DNA from: Candidatus Geocrenenecus huangii
Lineage (GTDB): Archaea > Thermoproteota > Nitrososphaeria_A > Caldarchaeales > Wolframiiraptoraceae
Reading direction: 5' to 3'
DNA: 64,000 nt
NCBI GenBank assembly: GCA_023254095.1
Contig: JALNLM010000004.1
Location: 41,359-105,358, forward strand
Positions 60,949 to 64,000 of the stretch are shown one piece after another. The notes under the pieces are model-generated. The model did no database searches and was not told where the DNA came from. It worked only from the letters and a program-made list of their open reading frames with translations. The position numbers were made by a program, and so were the translations under genes. The stretch's first letter is position 1. Each line of letters opens with the position of its first letter.

Positions 60949-61680
60949 CTCTATCAAGCTTCCAAGTATTCTTGCATGTTTTCTCTCATCTGCCTCCACG
61001 GACTCAATCAAGACTTTTAAGAGTTTATGTGGAAGATACGATTTTACTTCATCCAGGCTATGGACGTGAGCGATCTCTTCTTTATCCAGCAATGATTGAA
61101 GAATGTTCTTCTCCGGCACTTCTATCTTTACATCTTCACCCCTCTCGAGTATCGAGATCGTGGACATTAGAATGTCAGCATGCTTAATACTATCGCTTGC
61201 TATCTGTCTAAAGATCATTCTAGTAATCTCGTTATCTATCTTGGAAGCCGTCTCCATGAATTTCTCAGCTGCTTCATGCTCTGCCTGAGCTCTCTCACGG
61301 AGTGTTCGGATAAGCTTGGTCTTAGCTTGCTCCAAACCATACTTTATTCTTCCCTTCTTATCTTCTTCAAGTATTGATGAGATGGTCAATGCAAGCTCAT
61401 ATAGTTCCGCTTCAGAGATTTTCCCACCTTTGGAGATAATGTTCTCGACCGATTCACTGATAAGCTTACTAGCTCTTGGGTCTTCTAGAAGCTTAAGCAG
61501 TCTCCCCCTTCTACCGCTCATGTAATGTGTTACAGCTGCTGGGCTCACTCTAAGTATTTGAGAAGCTTTCCTCTTACTATAACTGTATTTCTCTACAAGT
61601 ATCTTTATCATCTTGGCCCTAATTGCAGGGACCAACTGCTCAGACCGGATAGACATCACTCGAGTATAGTTATCTTCCAA
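60928..61680 (-). CDS. HTH-ferritin/rubrerythrin-like fusion, putative iron-responsive regulator
   Basis: N-terminal HTH (VPAIR...YSKRKASQILRVSPAAVTHYMSGRRG); C-terminal helical bundle with E...DSIKH and E...DERKH; ATG at 61656 is a possible start. Confidence 0.75.
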   Translation of the reverse strand: MEDNYTRVMSIRSEQLVPAIRAKMIKILVEKYSYSKRKASQILRVSPAAVTHYMSGRRGRLLKLLEDPRASKLISESVENIISKGGKISEAELYELALTISSILEEDKKGRIKYGLEQAKTKLIRTLRERAQAEHEAAEKFMETASKIDNEITRMIFRQIASDSIKHADILMSTISILERGEDVKIEVPEKNILQSLLDKEEIAHVHSLDEVKSYLPHKLLKVLIESVEADERKHARILGSLIELAEEES

Positions 61681-61709
61681 AGTTAAAAACTTGTGTTTTA
61701 TATTCTTTG

Positions 61710-61744
61710 TTTACACTGTAAATTCAGTATTTTTACGGTGAAAA
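61710..61744. promoter_or_regulatory. Tandem palindromic operator candidates TTTACACTGTAAA and TTTACGGTGAAAA
   Basis: First site is a perfect 6-1-6 palindrome, second matches 10/13; starts 22 bp apart; between divergent TATA-like boxes. Confidence 0.6.
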
Positions 61745-61807
61745 ACTCTTAAATACGGATTTTCCCTCCTAACAGCTAGAAAGAATAGATGAGGTTAATG
61801 AAGTAAT

Positions 61808-62062
61808 ATGAGAGGAGATAAGCTAGACAACGTCCTCCCATTATCGGTTGTCAAAGAGGGGAAGACCGTTAGAATAGTTAAGATCATTGGTGGAGGAGGA
61901 TTGGTTAGAAGATTATATGAAATAGGTCTCCTACCTGGAGTAGAAGTAATGATTGTAAGAAATAGTGGGTTTGGGCCGGTCATAATCAGAAATAATGTTA
62001 GTGGGACTTTCTGCCTAGGTTTCGGGGTAGCAAAGAAAATCATTGTTGAGGTGGTGTCATGA
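61808..62062 (+). CDS. feoA: Ferrous iron transport protein A
   Basis: RRLYEIGLLPG.EV...GPVII...LG.G.A.KI.V. Confidence 0.92.
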   Translation: MRGDKLDNVLPLSVVKEGKTVRIVKIIGGGGLVRRLYEIGLLPGVEVMIVRNSGFGPVIIRNNVSGTFCLGFGVAKKIIVEVVS

Positions 62063-64000
62063 GTTGCCATGAATCAAGGGCAGGTTCCACACTTAAAGCT
62101 AGGCAAAAAGCAATTAAAATCGGCATTATCGGAAATCCAAACGTTGGCAAATCAGTTTTATTCAATAAACTGACTAAAGGAAAAGCATGGGTTGGGAATT
62201 GGCCGGGCGTAACAGTAGAGAAGAAAGTTGGGAAGCTCACTTTAGATGGAATAAGCTTCGAGTTAGTTGACCTACCTGGAATATATGGTTTAACCGCTTA
62301 TAGTCAAGATGAGCTTATCGCGAGAAAATTCCTACTTGAAGGAAAACCGGAAATTGTAATTCAGGTTACCAATGCTATCAACTTGGAGAGAAACCTCTAC
62401 CTAACTATCCAGCTGCTTGAAATGGGTTTCAAATTAGTCATAGCATTGAATATGGCTGACCTAGCGGAGAAAGAAGGTGTAAAGATAGATGTAGATGGAT
62501 TAAGAAGAGAGTTGAGAACCCCTATAATTCCCACAATCGCTGTGAAAAATTTCGGATTAAACCAGCTTATAGAAACGATTAAAGAACAATTAGATAAACC
62601 AGCTCCATTCTTTAAAATTGATTATGGGCCAGAGATAGAAGAAGCTATAGAAAAAATAAGGAGGCTCATTGATTCACCTATTAGAAGGCTAGGTTTAAAG
62701 ATTGACCCAAGATGGTTAGCAATTCGATTACTTGAGGATGATAACGATATAGTACAAAGGCTTAGAGATATGGGGTTTGAAGATATCGTTTCTGAAGCTC
62801 GACATATTAGAGATGAACTGCAAGCTCAATTAAATGAAAGCGTTGAGGTCTTGATTATTGAGAAGAGATACGAGTATCTGCTTAACTTGTCAAGGAAGTA
62901 TGTTAGAAGGAAAACTGCCGAGAAGAGTCTTACGGACTTGACAGATGGGCTAGACAAGGTTTTAACACATCCAATATTGGGCTTAATGGTGTTCGTATCT
63001 ATTCTTTACCTACTGTTTAAATTCTCATTCGATGTCGCATCCTCCTTAACCGAAGTAATCAGGGTAACCTTCTCTCAACATATACATGATCTTGTAAAAA
63101 ATTCTCTCCATCCAGAATTTATTTCATCTCTATTTGTAGACGGGGTTCTAAACGGTGTCGGAACTATATTGATATTTATTCCAAATCTTTTATTCTTGTT
63201 TATAGGCATCTCTACACTCGAAGATACCGGATACATGGCTAGAGTCGCTTTCTTATCTGATAGATTGATGAATAGGCTTGGTTTAAGCGGGCGAGCGATG
63301 ATACCATTATTGATCGGCTTCGGATGTAATGTTCCAGCGGTAATGTCAACTAGGGTTCTCGGATCCGATAGGGAGAGAAGACTATCGGTCTTCATGATAC
63401 CTTTCATGTCATGCAGCGCTAGACTTCCAATATTTCTCTTACTCACTCTCGCATTCTTTAGAGAGAACCAGCTCATAGTAATTCTAAGCATGTACTTCCT
63501 AGGCGTCTTTATAGCAGTATTAACGGCTCTTCTATTCAATAACCTATTCTACAGAAAACAGGTAGCCGGATACGTTATGGACATGCCTCCATATCTTAAT
63601 CCCTCGATCAGAAACATTCTAGCTAAGAGCTGGGAAAGAATAAGATCATTCTTGATGAAGGCTGGAACCATAATCTTGTTAATGTCAGTCGTTATATGGG
63701 TTCTCAGTGTAACAGGTCCTGAAGGATACATAGGACCAGAAGCTTTAAGAGATGTCGAACTTCTATCACGTAGCTGGATAGCCTCTTTCAGCAGGTTTCT
63801 AGAACCATTATTCAAACCATTAAACTGGGATTGGCGGATAATAGCGTCACTAAGTTTTGGTTTCATAGCTAAAGAAGTAGTGGTTTCTTCACTGGCGGTC
63901 TTATACAATGTAGGTGTAGAAAGTCTCCCTACTGTTCTTTCAGATTCTCTTACCCCCCTAGCAGCATACTCTCTCATGACTTTCGCTCTTCTCTATACTC
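62059..64000 (+). CDS. feoB: Ferrous iron transport protein B (runs off the window end)
   Basis: Manual translation: GNPNVGKS, VGNWPGVTVEKK, DLPGIY, LERNLYL, EDTGYMAR, GFGCNVPA, PFMSCSARLP. Confidence 0.96.
   Translation, partial: MSCHESRAGSTLKARQKAIKIGIIGNPNVGKSVLFNKLTKGKAWVGNWPGVTVEKKVGKLTLDGISFELVDLPGIYGLTAYSQDELIARKFLLEGKPEIVIQVTNAINLERNLYLTIQLLEMGFKLVIALNMADLAEKEGVKIDVDGLRRELRTPIIPTIAVKNFGLNQLIETIKEQLDKPAPFFKIDYGPEIEEAIEKIRRLIDSPIRRLGLKIDPRWLAIRLLEDDNDIVQRLRDMGFEDIVSEARHIRDELQAQLNESVEVLIIEKRYEYLLNLSRKYVRRKTAEKSLTDLTDGLDKVLTHPILGLMVFVSILYLLFKFSFDVASSLTEVIRVTFSQHIHDLVKNSLHPEFISSLFVDGVLNGVGTILIFIPNLLFLFIGISTLEDTGYMARVAFLSDRLMNRLGLSGRAMIPLLIGFGCNVPAVMSTRVLGSDRERRLSVFMIPFMSCSARLPIFLLLTLAFFRENQLIVILSMYFLGVFIAVLTALLFNNLFYRKQVAGYVMDMPPYLNPSIRNILAKSWERIRSFLMKAGTIILLMSVVIWVLSVTGPEGYIGPEALRDVELLSRSWIASFSRFLEPLFKPLNWDWRIIASLSFGFIAKEVVVSSLAVLYNVGVESLPTVLSDSLTPLAAYSLMTFALLYT

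Overview
Gene-dense segment of an archaeal chromosome. rps26e, SmAP3-type Lsm, DUF1512, a tetraether-synthase-like radical SAM enzyme and an intron-containing tRNA point to a TACK lineage, probably thermophilic; this placement is an inference. Most of it is housekeeping: nep1, rpp21, rps19e, rpl39e, rpl31e, rps26e, rps17e, map, trpS, sucCD, sdhACDB, hom-lysC, fixCX, an ECF transporter and feoAB. Notable features: (1) a type I-A CRISPR interference cassette (csa3-csa5-cas7-cas5-cas8a-cas3'-cas3'') with no cas6, adaptation genes or clear array in the window, and a TGTTTC-N8-GAAACA palindrome before csa5; (2) an HTH/ferritin-like fusion gene divergent from feoAB, with tandem TTTACAnTGTAAA-type sites 22 bp apart, a candidate iron-sensing regulatory system; (3) a tRNA-Tyr whose 43-nt intron holds a perfect 20-nt palindrome and a 12-nt exact antisense copy of the tRNA's own D-arm; (4) several decayed genes, an unannotated Zn-finger microprotein, and a homoserine dehydrogenase with an apparent CTG start. 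All calls come from reading motifs by eye; no database searches were run.
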